From Sandaracinaceae bacterium (lineage in GTDB: Bacteria > Myxococcota_A > Polyangia > Polyangiales > Sandaracinaceae): DNA of 64,000 nt. The notes under the pieces were generated by a model. The model was given only the letters and a program-made list of their open reading frames with translations. It did no database searches and had not been told where the DNA came from. The position numbers and the translations under genes are program-made. The stretch is taken from contig JBGAQA010000033.1 in the NCBI GenBank assembly GCA_044220955.1, positions 1 through 64,000 of the forward strand, written 5' to 3'. Shown piece after piece: positions 40,141 through 51,284 of this stretch (positions are counted from its first letter, which is position 1; the number at the start of each line of letters is the position of its first letter).

Positions 40141-42186
40141 GTGACCGGACACAGCCCCCCCACCTCCAGCCCCAAGGGGCAGCCCGCCGGCATGCGCATC
40201 CTCGATCGCCTGCGCGACGACGGGCGCATCAGCGCGACGCAGTACGAGAGCCTCTACCACCACGCGCGGCGCAGCGGCGAGCCGGTCCAGGAGGCCATCC
40301 TCGACGGCAACGTGATGAGCGAGCAGGACCTGCTCAAGTTCATCGCGGGCATCTACCAGACCCGCTTCGTCTCGACCGAGCGGCTCGCCAAGGCCGACGT
40401 CGACCGCGACATGCTGCGCCTGGTGCCGCGCAAGCTCGCGGAGCGCTACGCGACGGTGCCCGTGCTCTACGACCGTCGGACGCAGTCGCTCTCCATCGTG
40501 GTCGCCGATCTCGAGGAGGACGTCGCCAAGCAGATCCAGATGGTGACGAACGTCCGCGAGGTGAACGCGTACATCGCGCGCCCCGCGTCGATCCGCGCGG
40601 CCATCCGCAAGCACTACGGCGGCGATCCGCAGGCGTTCGCGAGCCTCGGCGGCGGCGGCGTCGGGATCGCCATCGGCGGCGAGGGGGACGGCGGCTTCGG
40701 AGGAGGCGGACGCGGCGGGGGTGACCTCGCGATGGATCTCGAGGGTCTCGGCGGCCTCGGCGGCGGCATCGGCGCGGGCATCGGGACCCCCGCTCCGCCC
40801 AAGGAGGCCAAGCCGGAGCGAAAGCGAGCGGCGATCGATCTCGGCACGCTGGAGATGCCGACCTTCGAGGCCAAGCCGGCCGAGAAGCCGGTGGAGACGA
40901 CGGCGAGCTTGATCGACACCGTCTCGGTGCTGGTGACTCTGCTCGAGCAGGGGCGCGCCGAGCTGCGCGGACACTCGTCGATGGTCGCGCGCATCTGCCG
41001 GCGCGCGGCCGATCGCCTCTCCATGAGCGCCGCCGACGCGGATGCGCTCGAGCTCGCGGCGCTGCTTCACGATCTGGGCAAGCACGCGACGTATCACCTC
41101 ACCGCGTTCAACGTGTCGCGCTTCGACGGCCACCGGATGCAGGCGGACTCGACGTGGAACGCGCCGCTGCGTCTCTTCGAGTCGGCGCGCCTGTCGCCGG
41201 CCGTCGTGGGCATCCTGGGCGGGCTGCACGAGCGCTGGGACGGCAAGGGCCTGCCCAAGAAGGTCGCCGGCGCCGACATCCCGCAGGGCGCGCGCATCCT
41301 GGCGATGGTCGAGACGTTCGCGGACCTGGTCCAGAACCCGAAGAACCCCTACAAGCGCACGCTGACACGCCAAGAGGCGGTCGACGTCATCCGTCAGCTC
41401 GGCGGCACCCTCTTCGATCCCTCCCTCGTGGACGTGCTGCGGCTCGCGGGCGCGGGCGAGGGCACGGTGCCGGGCTCGATCCGCCACCGCGTGCTGCTGG
41501 TCGACCCCGACTCGGCCGAGGCGACGGTCCTCGAGATGCGCTTCGCGGACCAGAACTGGGACGTGCTCGCGGTGGCCGATCGCGCCGCAGCGGAGAAGGC
41601 GCTCGGGCGCGAGCGCTTCGACCTCGTGATCAGCGAGGTCGACCTGGGCGGCGACGACGGCTTCTCGCTCGCGCCCATCGTGAAGGCGAGCACGAAGAGC
41701 CCGAACGTGGCGCTGGTCTACCTGACCAAGCGCGCCGATCGCGACTCCGTGCAGAAGGGCTTCGCGGCCGGCGCGTCGGACTACCTGCAGAAGCCCACGG
41801 CGCCGGACGTCGTCGTCGCCAAGGCCGTGCAGATCGTCGAGAGCGCGGCGAACCAGAAGAAGCGGGCCGCGGGCGGGCTCTCCGGCGCGCTGCGCGACAT
41901 GGGCCTGCCCGAGGTCGTGCAGGTGCTCGGCCAGAGCCGCAAGTCCGGCCAGCTGCGCGTGACGTCGGGCATCGTCTTCGGTGAGATGCACTTCGACGCG
42001 GGCAACATCGTGCACGCGACCTTCGGCACCCAGAAGGGCGACGCGGCGTTCTACTCGATGCTGCGCCTGACCGACGGCGACTTCGCGTTCGACCCGAACG
42101 TGAAGACGACGGAGCGGACGCTGGCGGCCTCGACCGAGAGCCTCCTGCTCGAGGGGATGCGCCGGATCGACGAAGGCATCCTCTGA
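40141..42186 (+). CDS. GSPII_N/MshEN-like + HD-GYP-like + REC + DUF4388 signalling protein (alternative start 40192)
   Basis: VPRKLAERY...P, LLHDLGK, HERWDGKGLP, VLLVD...KP, GALRDMGLPEVVQ...SGQL...LLLEGMRRIDE. Confidence 0.85.
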   Translation: MTGHSPPTSSPKGQPAGMRILDRLRDDGRISATQYESLYHHARRSGEPVQEAILDGNVMSEQDLLKFIAGIYQTRFVSTERLAKADVDRDMLRLVPRKLAERYATVPVLYDRRTQSLSIVVADLEEDVAKQIQMVTNVREVNAYIARPASIRAAIRKHYGGDPQAFASLGGGGVGIAIGGEGDGGFGGGGRGGGDLAMDLEGLGGLGGGIGAGIGTPAPPKEAKPERKRAAIDLGTLEMPTFEAKPAEKPVETTASLIDTVSVLVTLLEQGRAELRGHSSMVARICRRAADRLSMSAADADALELAALLHDLGKHATYHLTAFNVSRFDGHRMQADSTWNAPLRLFESARLSPAVVGILGGLHERWDGKGLPKKVAGADIPQGARILAMVETFADLVQNPKNPYKRTLTRQEAVDVIRQLGGTLFDPSLVDVLRLAGAGEGTVPGSIRHRVLLVDPDSAEATVLEMRFADQNWDVLAVADRAAAEKALGRERFDLVISEVDLGGDDGFSLAPIVKASTKSPNVALVYLTKRADRDSVQKGFAAGASDYLQKPTAPDVVVAKAVQIVESAANQKKRAAGGLSGALRDMGLPEVVQVLGQSRKSGQLRVTSGIVFGEMHFDAGNIVHATFGTQKGDAAFYSMLRLTDGDFAFDPNVKTTERTLAASTESLLLEGMRRIDEGIL

Positions 42187-42226
42187 TCGGCGAGAGCGCC
42201 CTGCCGCGCACTCCGGCGGATCCGGC

Positions 42227-42712
42227 TCAGCGAGGGGTGCGAGCCCTCACCCCGATCACCAGCGCGATCACGAGGGCGAGCCGGAACGCCATGCGCACCG
42301 CGCTCCCGCCGACGTCGAGCGAGGAGACGGTGAGCATCGCGAGCAGGCTGCCGTCGAGCTCCGCGAGCGCGCGGCGGGTCCCGTAGACCTGCCACGCGAG
42401 GCCCACGGGCAGAGCCAGCGCGAGCGCTGCGGCGACGGCGGCGAGCACCGGCGCGGCGAGCGCGCGCGACGCGAGCACGCGCTGCTCGAGGCCGAGGACC
42501 CACGCGAGCACGAACGGCGCGGCGCACGCGAGCGCGACCTCGAGGCCCGCCACCCAGGGCGCGTACGCGTCGTCGAACACGAGCTCGGAGAGCCCGGTGA
42601 CCTGCGCCGTCCCGGCGAGCAGCGCGGGCGACGCCAGCCAGCCGAGGACGAGCCCGAGCAGCGCCAGCGCGCCGAGGACGATCGAGTCGAGGGCCAAGCG
42701 TTCCCAGCGCAC
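42227..42712 (-). CDS. Hypothetical membrane protein
   Basis: About four hydrophobic helices; GTG start inferred. Confidence 0.55.
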   Translation of the reverse strand: MRWERLALDSIVLGALALLGLVLGWLASPALLAGTAQVTGLSELVFDDAYAPWVAGLEVALACAAPFVLAWVLGLEQRVLASRALAAPVLAAVAAALALALPVGLAWQVYGTRRALAELDGSLLAMLTVSSLDVGGSAVRMAFRLALVIALVIGVRARTPR

Positions 42713-42758
42713 GTGCCGAAAAGTGGCCGGTCCGCCGCCGCTTGGCGAGCATCCGGCC

Positions 42759-43865
42759 GTGCGTCGTCTCTTGCTCGCCAGCCTGCTCGTCGCCTGCGGC
42801 CCGGCGGCGCCCGCCGCCACGGCCCCCGCAGCCGCCCCGGTCGCTCCTGCAGCCGAGTCCGTCCCCGCGGCGGCGGCCGCGACGGTCCCCGAGGGCGACG
42901 CCTCGGCGTCGGAAGAGGACGCCGCCACGCCCGCCGCGACGGGCGAGGCCTTCCTCGGCACGGCCGACGCGCCGCTCCTCGAGGTGCTCGCGCACGCCGA
43001 GATCACGCAGATCGAGCGGGGTACCGGCGGCCGCAGCCTCGCCTTCCGGCTCACCTTCGCGGACGGCTCGCGCGGCTACTTCAAGCCGCCCCAGACGTTC
43101 TCAGGCGCTCACTTCTTCGCCGAGATCGCCAGCTACCACCTCGATCGCATGCTCGGCCTCGGGCGCGTGCCCCCGACGATCGGCCGGCGCCTCTCGTGGG
43201 GCCCGCTGCGCGAGGTCGCCGGCGGCGATGCGCGCACCTCGGAGGCGATCGTCGAGCGCGATCACGTCTGCGGCTCGCTCTCGTACTGGGTGCCCGAGCG
43301 CCTCGTGCCCCTCCGGCTCGGCCTGGGGTGGGAGGCGTGGGTGCGCTTCGCCCCGCCGCCCGCGATCTCCCCGTTCCAGCGCGCGCGCGTGTACGCGGCC
43401 CAGGCGGCGGGCTCGCTCGCGGGGCCCGAGCCGACCGAGACGCTGCGCGCGGCGGACGCGCCCGACACGGAGGATCGCGCGGCGGAGCTGTCCGACCTGG
43501 TGCTCTTCGACTACCTGACCGAGAACATCGATCGCTGGGGCGGTGACTACACGAACGTCCGCACGCGCGGCGCAGGCGGACCGCTCGTCTTCCTCGACAA
43601 CGCAGCCGGCTTCATCGCGTCTCACGCCGCGAGCCCGAGCTTCATGGACGCGCGCCTGCACGCGGTGCAGCGCTTCCGTCGCAGCACGGTCGCCGCCATC
43701 CGCGCGCTCTCGATCGACGCGCTCCGTGCCCGTGTCGAGGGCGACGCCTGCGCGCCCATCCTCGACGAGCGGCTCTACGCCCAGCTCGAGGAGCGGCGGG
43801 CCGCGCTCCTGGCCCACGTCGATCGCATGGTCGCCGAGCACGGCGAGGCCGCCCTGCCCTGGTGA
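42759..43865 (+). CDS. Lipoprotein with Fam20C/Four-jointed-like atypical kinase domain
   Basis: LVAC lipobox; GYFKP, AEIASYHLDRMLGLGRVPPTIGR, LFDYLTENIDR, FLDNAAGF. Confidence 0.75.
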   Translation: MRRLLLASLLVACGPAAPAATAPAAAPVAPAAESVPAAAAATVPEGDASASEEDAATPAATGEAFLGTADAPLLEVLAHAEITQIERGTGGRSLAFRLTFADGSRGYFKPPQTFSGAHFFAEIASYHLDRMLGLGRVPPTIGRRLSWGPLREVAGGDARTSEAIVERDHVCGSLSYWVPERLVPLRLGLGWEAWVRFAPPPAISPFQRARVYAAQAAGSLAGPEPTETLRAADAPDTEDRAAELSDLVLFDYLTENIDRWGGDYTNVRTRGAGGPLVFLDNAAGFIASHAASPSFMDARLHAVQRFRRSTVAAIRALSIDALRARVEGDACAPILDERLYAQLEERRAALLAHVDRMVAEHGEAALPW

Positions 43866-43878
43866 GCGCGAGCTCGCG

Positions 43879-45903
43879 TCACGGAACGAGCTCCTGTCCC
43901 TCGCCCCAGTGCACGGTGTAGGGGCGCACCTGCAGGATCACGATGTGGCGATCGGGCCCGGCGACGAGGAACTCCACGTCACACGCGTTCGCGTCGCTGC
44001 CGGGCCAGCGCCGCGTGAGCCAGTCGTGCTCGACCGTGAAGTGCAGGTGGAGCACCGTCAGCGCCTCGTCGAGGTGCAAGAGATCGAGCTCCGTGAGCAG
44101 CTCTGCGCCGCCCGTCCGCGACGAGCGCGAGAGCAGCTCGAACTCCGGCGTCTCCATGTACGTGTAGATGAGGTGCTGCTCGGGCACCTCGTCGCCGGTG
44201 GCGCCGGTGACGCTGCCCCCGAGGGCCTGCACGTTGACGAAGTAGCCCGGGCGCCCCTGGAAGAACGGGTTCGCCGTGATCACGACGCCGTTGGCGAACG
44301 CGCCGTCGACGAAGGGCTCGGCCAGGATGCCCATCGCGACCCGGTCGTGCTGCACGCGGTACCAGTCGCGCTCCTCGAACGCGCCGAGCAGCCACACGCT
44401 CGCCCAGACCTGCCGGATCGCGTCGCCGATCTGCGCGTCCGTCGCGTGGGCCGGCACCACGATCGAGCGGTAGAGGCCCGCGCCCGTGAACCCGGGCAGA
44501 TCCTCGGCGTTCGTCGAGCTGCGGAAGATCCAGCGAGCGTCGCGCGCGCCCGTCTCGATCCGGCGGCGGATCTCGCGGACGAGCGCCGGATCGATCGGCG
44601 CCGCCTCGATCCGTGCGCGCAGGTCGGCGAGGGCCGCGTCACGCGCGTGGCCGTCGGACACGAACGCCGGATCGGCCATCATCGGTGCGAGCGTGCTCGT
44701 GATCGCCGCGCTCTCGAGGTGCGCCACGTAGTAGTGGAAGGGGATCGCGAAGCCGCCCGGCGTGAGGATGCCGTCGAGGCTGGCGGCCTCTCCGAGCTGC
44801 GCGGCCTTGGCCCCGACCGTGCGCGCGTCGCCGAGGCGCAGCTCGTCGAGCGGGCGCAGGCGCGCCTCGCTCGCCTCGATCTGCGGCACGAGCGGCGCGC
44901 TCGGCCTGCGCGACGCCCACGCCGCCTCGGCCTCGCTCCGCGTCGCGGCGCGCAGCGTCCACTCCTGCGGAGCGACCGTCAGCGCGACGAGCTGGCCGTC
45001 CAGGCCCGTGATCGAGGGATCGCCGAGCGCGCTCCGTAGTCCCATGTTCGGCGTCTGCCGCGTCGCGCAGAGCACCGCGATGTGGCCGAGCGGCGCCTGG
45101 AGCTGCGCGCTGATCACGCCGGCGACGACGGGGATCTCGTCGGGCAGCTGCTCGAGAACGAGGATCTGGTCGGGTCGCACGCTGGCGAGCTCGAGCGCCC
45201 CGTGCACCACGCGCAGCGTGCCGAAGGCGGTGCCGTTCGTGAGCGGCTCGTACTCGATGCCCTCGAAGACCTCCTCCGTCGTCACGAGCGGGATCTGTCC
45301 CGGCACCATCGAGATGCTCCGCTCGTGCACGGGCGAGATCGGCCGGAATCGGAGCCGGTCACCCGTCCAGAGCGCCGACGCGAGCTGCCGGTAGAGCGCG
45401 ACGATGCGCGGGCCCGAGAGCGTGTCGCCGCTGACCAGCTCGAGGGTCCAGAGATCGGGGTCGACGTAGTGGACGATCGAGCCCATCTCGAAGCGACGGC
45501 CCTCGGTGCGGTACTCGGTCGCGTTGAACGCGCCGTGGTCCTCGATCGGGTGCCCCGCGCGCGCGAGCCGGTCGCGCGCGAAGAAGTAGTGGATCTCCCA
45601 GCGCTCGGTGTCGACGAACCAGATGCGGCGCTCGTCCGAGAGATCGACGAGGAACTTCACGACCTCGGTGCGCGCGACGGAGGAGGACGTCGGCCGCGCC
45701 GCGAGCGAGCGCCAGGTCGCCTCGTCGGGGATCGCATGCGCGGACTCGAGTCGCGGCGTCGTCGCGACCGCGGTCGGGCTCGAGGCCGTGCCGGCATCGA
45801 GCGCGTCGGGAGGAGGCGGCGCGTGCGTCGTGCCCTCGTGCGGGCGCGTCCCCGCGCAAGCGAGGAGCGCCGAGACCCCGATCGCGAGCAGGACGCGCAG
45901 CAT
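43879..45903 (-). CDS. Lipoprotein with phospho-His swivel and PEP/pyruvate-binding (ATP-grasp) domains; water-dikinase-like
   Basis: LLAC lipobox; QAPLGHIAV, GAKAAQLG, RSSTNAEDLPGFTGAGLY, VWAS, DVEF, LQVRP. Confidence 0.85.
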   Translation of the reverse strand: MLRVLLAIGVSALLACAGTRPHEGTTHAPPPPDALDAGTASSPTAVATTPRLESAHAIPDEATWRSLAARPTSSSVARTEVVKFLVDLSDERRIWFVDTERWEIHYFFARDRLARAGHPIEDHGAFNATEYRTEGRRFEMGSIVHYVDPDLWTLELVSGDTLSGPRIVALYRQLASALWTGDRLRFRPISPVHERSISMVPGQIPLVTTEEVFEGIEYEPLTNGTAFGTLRVVHGALELASVRPDQILVLEQLPDEIPVVAGVISAQLQAPLGHIAVLCATRQTPNMGLRSALGDPSITGLDGQLVALTVAPQEWTLRAATRSEAEAAWASRRPSAPLVPQIEASEARLRPLDELRLGDARTVGAKAAQLGEAASLDGILTPGGFAIPFHYYVAHLESAAITSTLAPMMADPAFVSDGHARDAALADLRARIEAAPIDPALVREIRRRIETGARDARWIFRSSTNAEDLPGFTGAGLYRSIVVPAHATDAQIGDAIRQVWASVWLLGAFEERDWYRVQHDRVAMGILAEPFVDGAFANGVVITANPFFQGRPGYFVNVQALGGSVTGATGDEVPEQHLIYTYMETPEFELLSRSSRTGGAELLTELDLLHLDEALTVLHLHFTVEHDWLTRRWPGSDANACDVEFLVAGPDRHIVILQVRPYTVHWGEGQELVP

Positions 45904-45943
45904 GACCCCGGTTCAGACGTTCGAGCGCGCGCCCGGGTTCACG

Positions 45944-46813
45944 TCAGCCGCTGCAGAAGCCGCTCCGGCACGAGCGCCCGTCGCGACAGCGCCCTCCCGA
46001 GCAGCAGCGCTGGCCTGCCCCGCCACAGGGCTGGCACGAGCCACCGCCCGTCGTCCCGCCGAAGCAGCCGAAGCCGCTGTGGCACTGCCCGCCTGCGCAG
46101 CACGCCTGTCCGTCGCCACCGCACGGGTCACACGTGCCGCCCCCGAGCGGGAAGCCGCCGTTGCAGACCAGCGAGCCGTCGTTGCAGGTGCCGCCGATGC
46201 AGCAGGGCTGGCCTGGGTCGCCGCACATCATGGTGCTGCCGTGACAGCGGCCGTCCGAAGGCGAGCAAGTGCCCGCGTCGCACGCACCGCCCTCGCAGCA
46301 CGGCTGGCCGTCGCCGCCGCAGGGCTCGCAGCTCGCGCCGTTGCAGAGGGCGCCGGGGACGCATGCACCGCCCTCACAGCAGATGTCGCCGACGTCGCCA
46401 CAGAGCGCGCAGGTGCCGCCGAAGCACGTCGAGCCCGGGTTGCAGGTCCCTCCCTCGCAGCAGACCTGATCCGGCTCACCACAGCCCATGCACGCCCCGC
46501 CGACGCAGACGTCGCCGACCGCGCACGCCGGGCAGCAGGCGCCGGCCGGACACACGCAGCTCGTCCCGTCGCAGACGGTTCCGTCCGTGCACGGTGTCGT
46601 GCACCCGGGCATCTGCCACGCATCGACGTCCATACCCGCATCGTCGCGCAGCACGCCGGTGTCGTCTCCGGGCCTGCCCGCGTCGCTCCCCGGGACGACG
46701 GCCGCGTCCTCACCCTCGTGCAGGCGCGCGGGATCGGGGGCGACCAGCGCGCTGCATCCAGCGCTCGCGACCAGCAAGAACGCACCGAGAGCCATCAAGC
46801 TACGAGTACGCAT
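45944..46813 (-). CDS. Cys/Gly-rich repeat lipoprotein
   Basis: SAGC lipobox; about six CG..GQ.CC.GG.C modules. Confidence 0.78.
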   Translation of the reverse strand: MRTRSLMALGAFLLVASAGCSALVAPDPARLHEGEDAAVVPGSDAGRPGDDTGVLRDDAGMDVDAWQMPGCTTPCTDGTVCDGTSCVCPAGACCPACAVGDVCVGGACMGCGEPDQVCCEGGTCNPGSTCFGGTCALCGDVGDICCEGGACVPGALCNGASCEPCGGDGQPCCEGGACDAGTCSPSDGRCHGSTMMCGDPGQPCCIGGTCNDGSLVCNGGFPLGGGTCDPCGGDGQACCAGGQCHSGFGCFGGTTGGGSCQPCGGAGQRCCSGGRCRDGRSCRSGFCSG

Positions 46814-46886
46814 GGGACGATCAGCATAGCAGCAGAGCGACGGCGAACGAACCACACCGGGGACGGGTCTGTTATGGTTCGTGCCC

Positions 46887-47285
46887 ATGCGCACCGTCCG
46901 GATCCTGCTCGTGCTCCTCTCCGTGCTCGCGCTGTGCGCGTGCTCCACGGCCATCGCGCTGACCGAACGCGGCACGACCGTCGCCGAGGTCGGCGCGACG
47001 GGCATGCCCGACGGCTGCACGATGCTCGGCGACGTCTCCATCGGCATCCCGCCGGACGCGGGTCACCCCGGGACGGAAGAAGAGCTCGTCATCCTGATGC
47101 GCAACAAGGCCGGACAGATGGGCGGCACGCACGTGCTCGTCGAGTCGCGCCATCGCCAGGACGACGGCCACGACAGCGCGCACTGGATCGGCCGAGGCCG
47201 AGCCTATCGGTGCGATCCGAGCCAGGCGGCGACGCCTGCCCCCACCGAGCCGGCCGCGTCCGGATCGAGCGGCACGTCGTCCTGA
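46887..47285 (+). CDS. Small lipoprotein (DUF4156-like)
   Basis: LCAC lipobox; C..LGDV, MRNKAGQMGGTHV, GRAYRC. Confidence 0.65.
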   Translation: MRTVRILLVLLSVLALCACSTAIALTERGTTVAEVGATGMPDGCTMLGDVSIGIPPDAGHPGTEEELVILMRNKAGQMGGTHVLVESRHRQDDGHDSAHWIGRGRAYRCDPSQAATPAPTEPAASGSSGTSS

Positions 47286-47328
47286 GCACCACCGGCTCCG
47301 CGACCACGGCCGCGGGGCCCGATGTCGC

Positions 47329-48186
47329 TCACGGCGCGCGCCGCGTGAGATCGACGGTCCCCGGCTCGCGCGGCCCGCTCGGCGACGTGTCCTGGTAGCT
47401 GAGCCCGGTCCCCGAGACGCAGTACGCCCAGTGCTTGCCGCTCACGGTGCCCACGATCTCGTCACCCACGATCGAGTAGCCGTCGGTGTCGTCGATGGTG
47501 TTCGTCTGCCGCGCCTGGCACAGACAGCTGCCGTCGGTCTGCGTCGTGCACGCTGCGTCGGGCGTCGCCATCCGGATGCGCGACTCGATGCCGGTGCAGC
47601 CCCCGACGAAGCTCGCGCAGAGCGCGGGCACGGTCACCAGGACGTCGACCTGCGACTGCGCGACGCGATGGGCCAGCACGCCGTCGAACGTCACGCGCCC
47701 GCGCCCCATGCCCGAGCCGCTCGCGCGCGCGCCGGGGCACATCATGACGGCGCTCAGGTCGACCGCGAAGCAGCCCCCTGACACGTCCCAGGTGCCGACG
47801 ACGTCCCCGCCGCAGGGGGTGAAGGTCGGACAAGGCGTGCCGTCGACGAGCACGGTGAGGGGCGCCCAGCTCGGGTCACCGAGCGCACCGGAGTCGCCGA
47901 AGGGGCTGCCGGCGTCGATCGGAGGCAGCACCGTGCCGACGTCGAGGGGCGCGTCCGGGCCGCCGTCCGCCGGCGATAGGCCCATGTCGGGCGCCACGAA
48001 CGCGTCCGGCGCCGCGAACGCGTCCGGCGCGAACGCGTCCGGCGCGACGGACGCGTCCGATCCCGCGTCCATCGCGGGCGAGCCGGTGTCGAGCTGTGGC
48101 GCCGCATCCTCGGGGAGCGTGGTGCTGCTGCTACAGCCGAGACCCGCCAGACCGGACAAGAGCAAGAAGCCGAACGATCGCCTCAT
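47329..48186 (-). CDS. Cys-containing lipoprotein with APDAF repeats
   Basis: GGAGG RBS; GLGC lipobox; CGGDVVGTW, YCVSG; 15-bp repeat GAACGCGTCCGGCGC three times at 47998-48045. Confidence 0.75.
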   Translation of the reverse strand: MRRSFGFLLLSGLAGLGCSSSTTLPEDAAPQLDTGSPAMDAGSDASVAPDAFAPDAFAAPDAFVAPDMGLSPADGGPDAPLDVGTVLPPIDAGSPFGDSGALGDPSWAPLTVLVDGTPCPTFTPCGGDVVGTWDVSGGCFAVDLSAVMMCPGARASGSGMGRGRVTFDGVLAHRVAQSQVDVLVTVPALCASFVGGCTGIESRIRMATPDAACTTQTDGSCLCQARQTNTIDDTDGYSIVGDEIVGTVSGKHWAYCVSGTGLSYQDTSPSGPREPGTVDLTRRAP

Positions 48187-48237
48187 GGGAACCTCCACGA
48201 ACGGGTGTGTGGAGAGTCGCACACGATCTTTTGCCTG

Positions 48238-50817
<2,580 letters not shown>

Positions 50818-50855
50818 CTATAATCGTGGTGAATTGTGCGTTTCCCGGGGGCGAC

Positions 50856-51203
50856 TCAGGGGTGCCCTTCGAGCAGCGCGAAGTTGCAGGAAGGATCGAG
50901 CTGCGGGATGCCGCCGGAGTCGATCACGAGCGTCGAACAATCGACGTTGTCGGCCCACGGGATGCACTGGCGGACGATGGTGTTCGGGTCCGAGATCCGG
51001 GTGACGTGGCCGCAGGTCGTGCTCGTCACGCCGCCGTCGAAGGTGAGCCGGACCCGCAGCGCGAAGCCGCATCGCATGTACATGTGGTCGATCGAGTCGA
51101 CCATGTGCTGGCAGATGCTGCTCGGCGACTGCGGACAGCCGCTCAGGAGCGTGGAGGTGGCGAGGAACGTCGCCAGCGCGGCGGCGCGGGTGGTGATGGT
51201 CAT
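50856..51203 (-). CDS. Small Cys-rich lipoprotein
   Basis: LSGC lipobox plus six further Cys; AGGGGG upstream. Confidence 0.65.
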   Translation of the reverse strand: MTITTRAAALATFLATSTLLSGCPQSPSSICQHMVDSIDHMYMRCGFALRVRLTFDGGVTSTTCGHVTRISDPNTIVRQCIPWADNVDCSTLVIDSGGIPQLDPSCNFALLEGHP

Positions 51204-51284
51204 GCGAGGGCCCCCTGGGGGGCGAGAGTGTCTTCGTTTCCCGGGTGTCGCAAGAGGCCCGGGCGCGCGTGTTAGGGTGCGCGC

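Noticed and set aside
47998..48045. 15-bp repeats as a contingency locus
   Set aside because: In-frame APDAF linker repeats with no phase-variation potential
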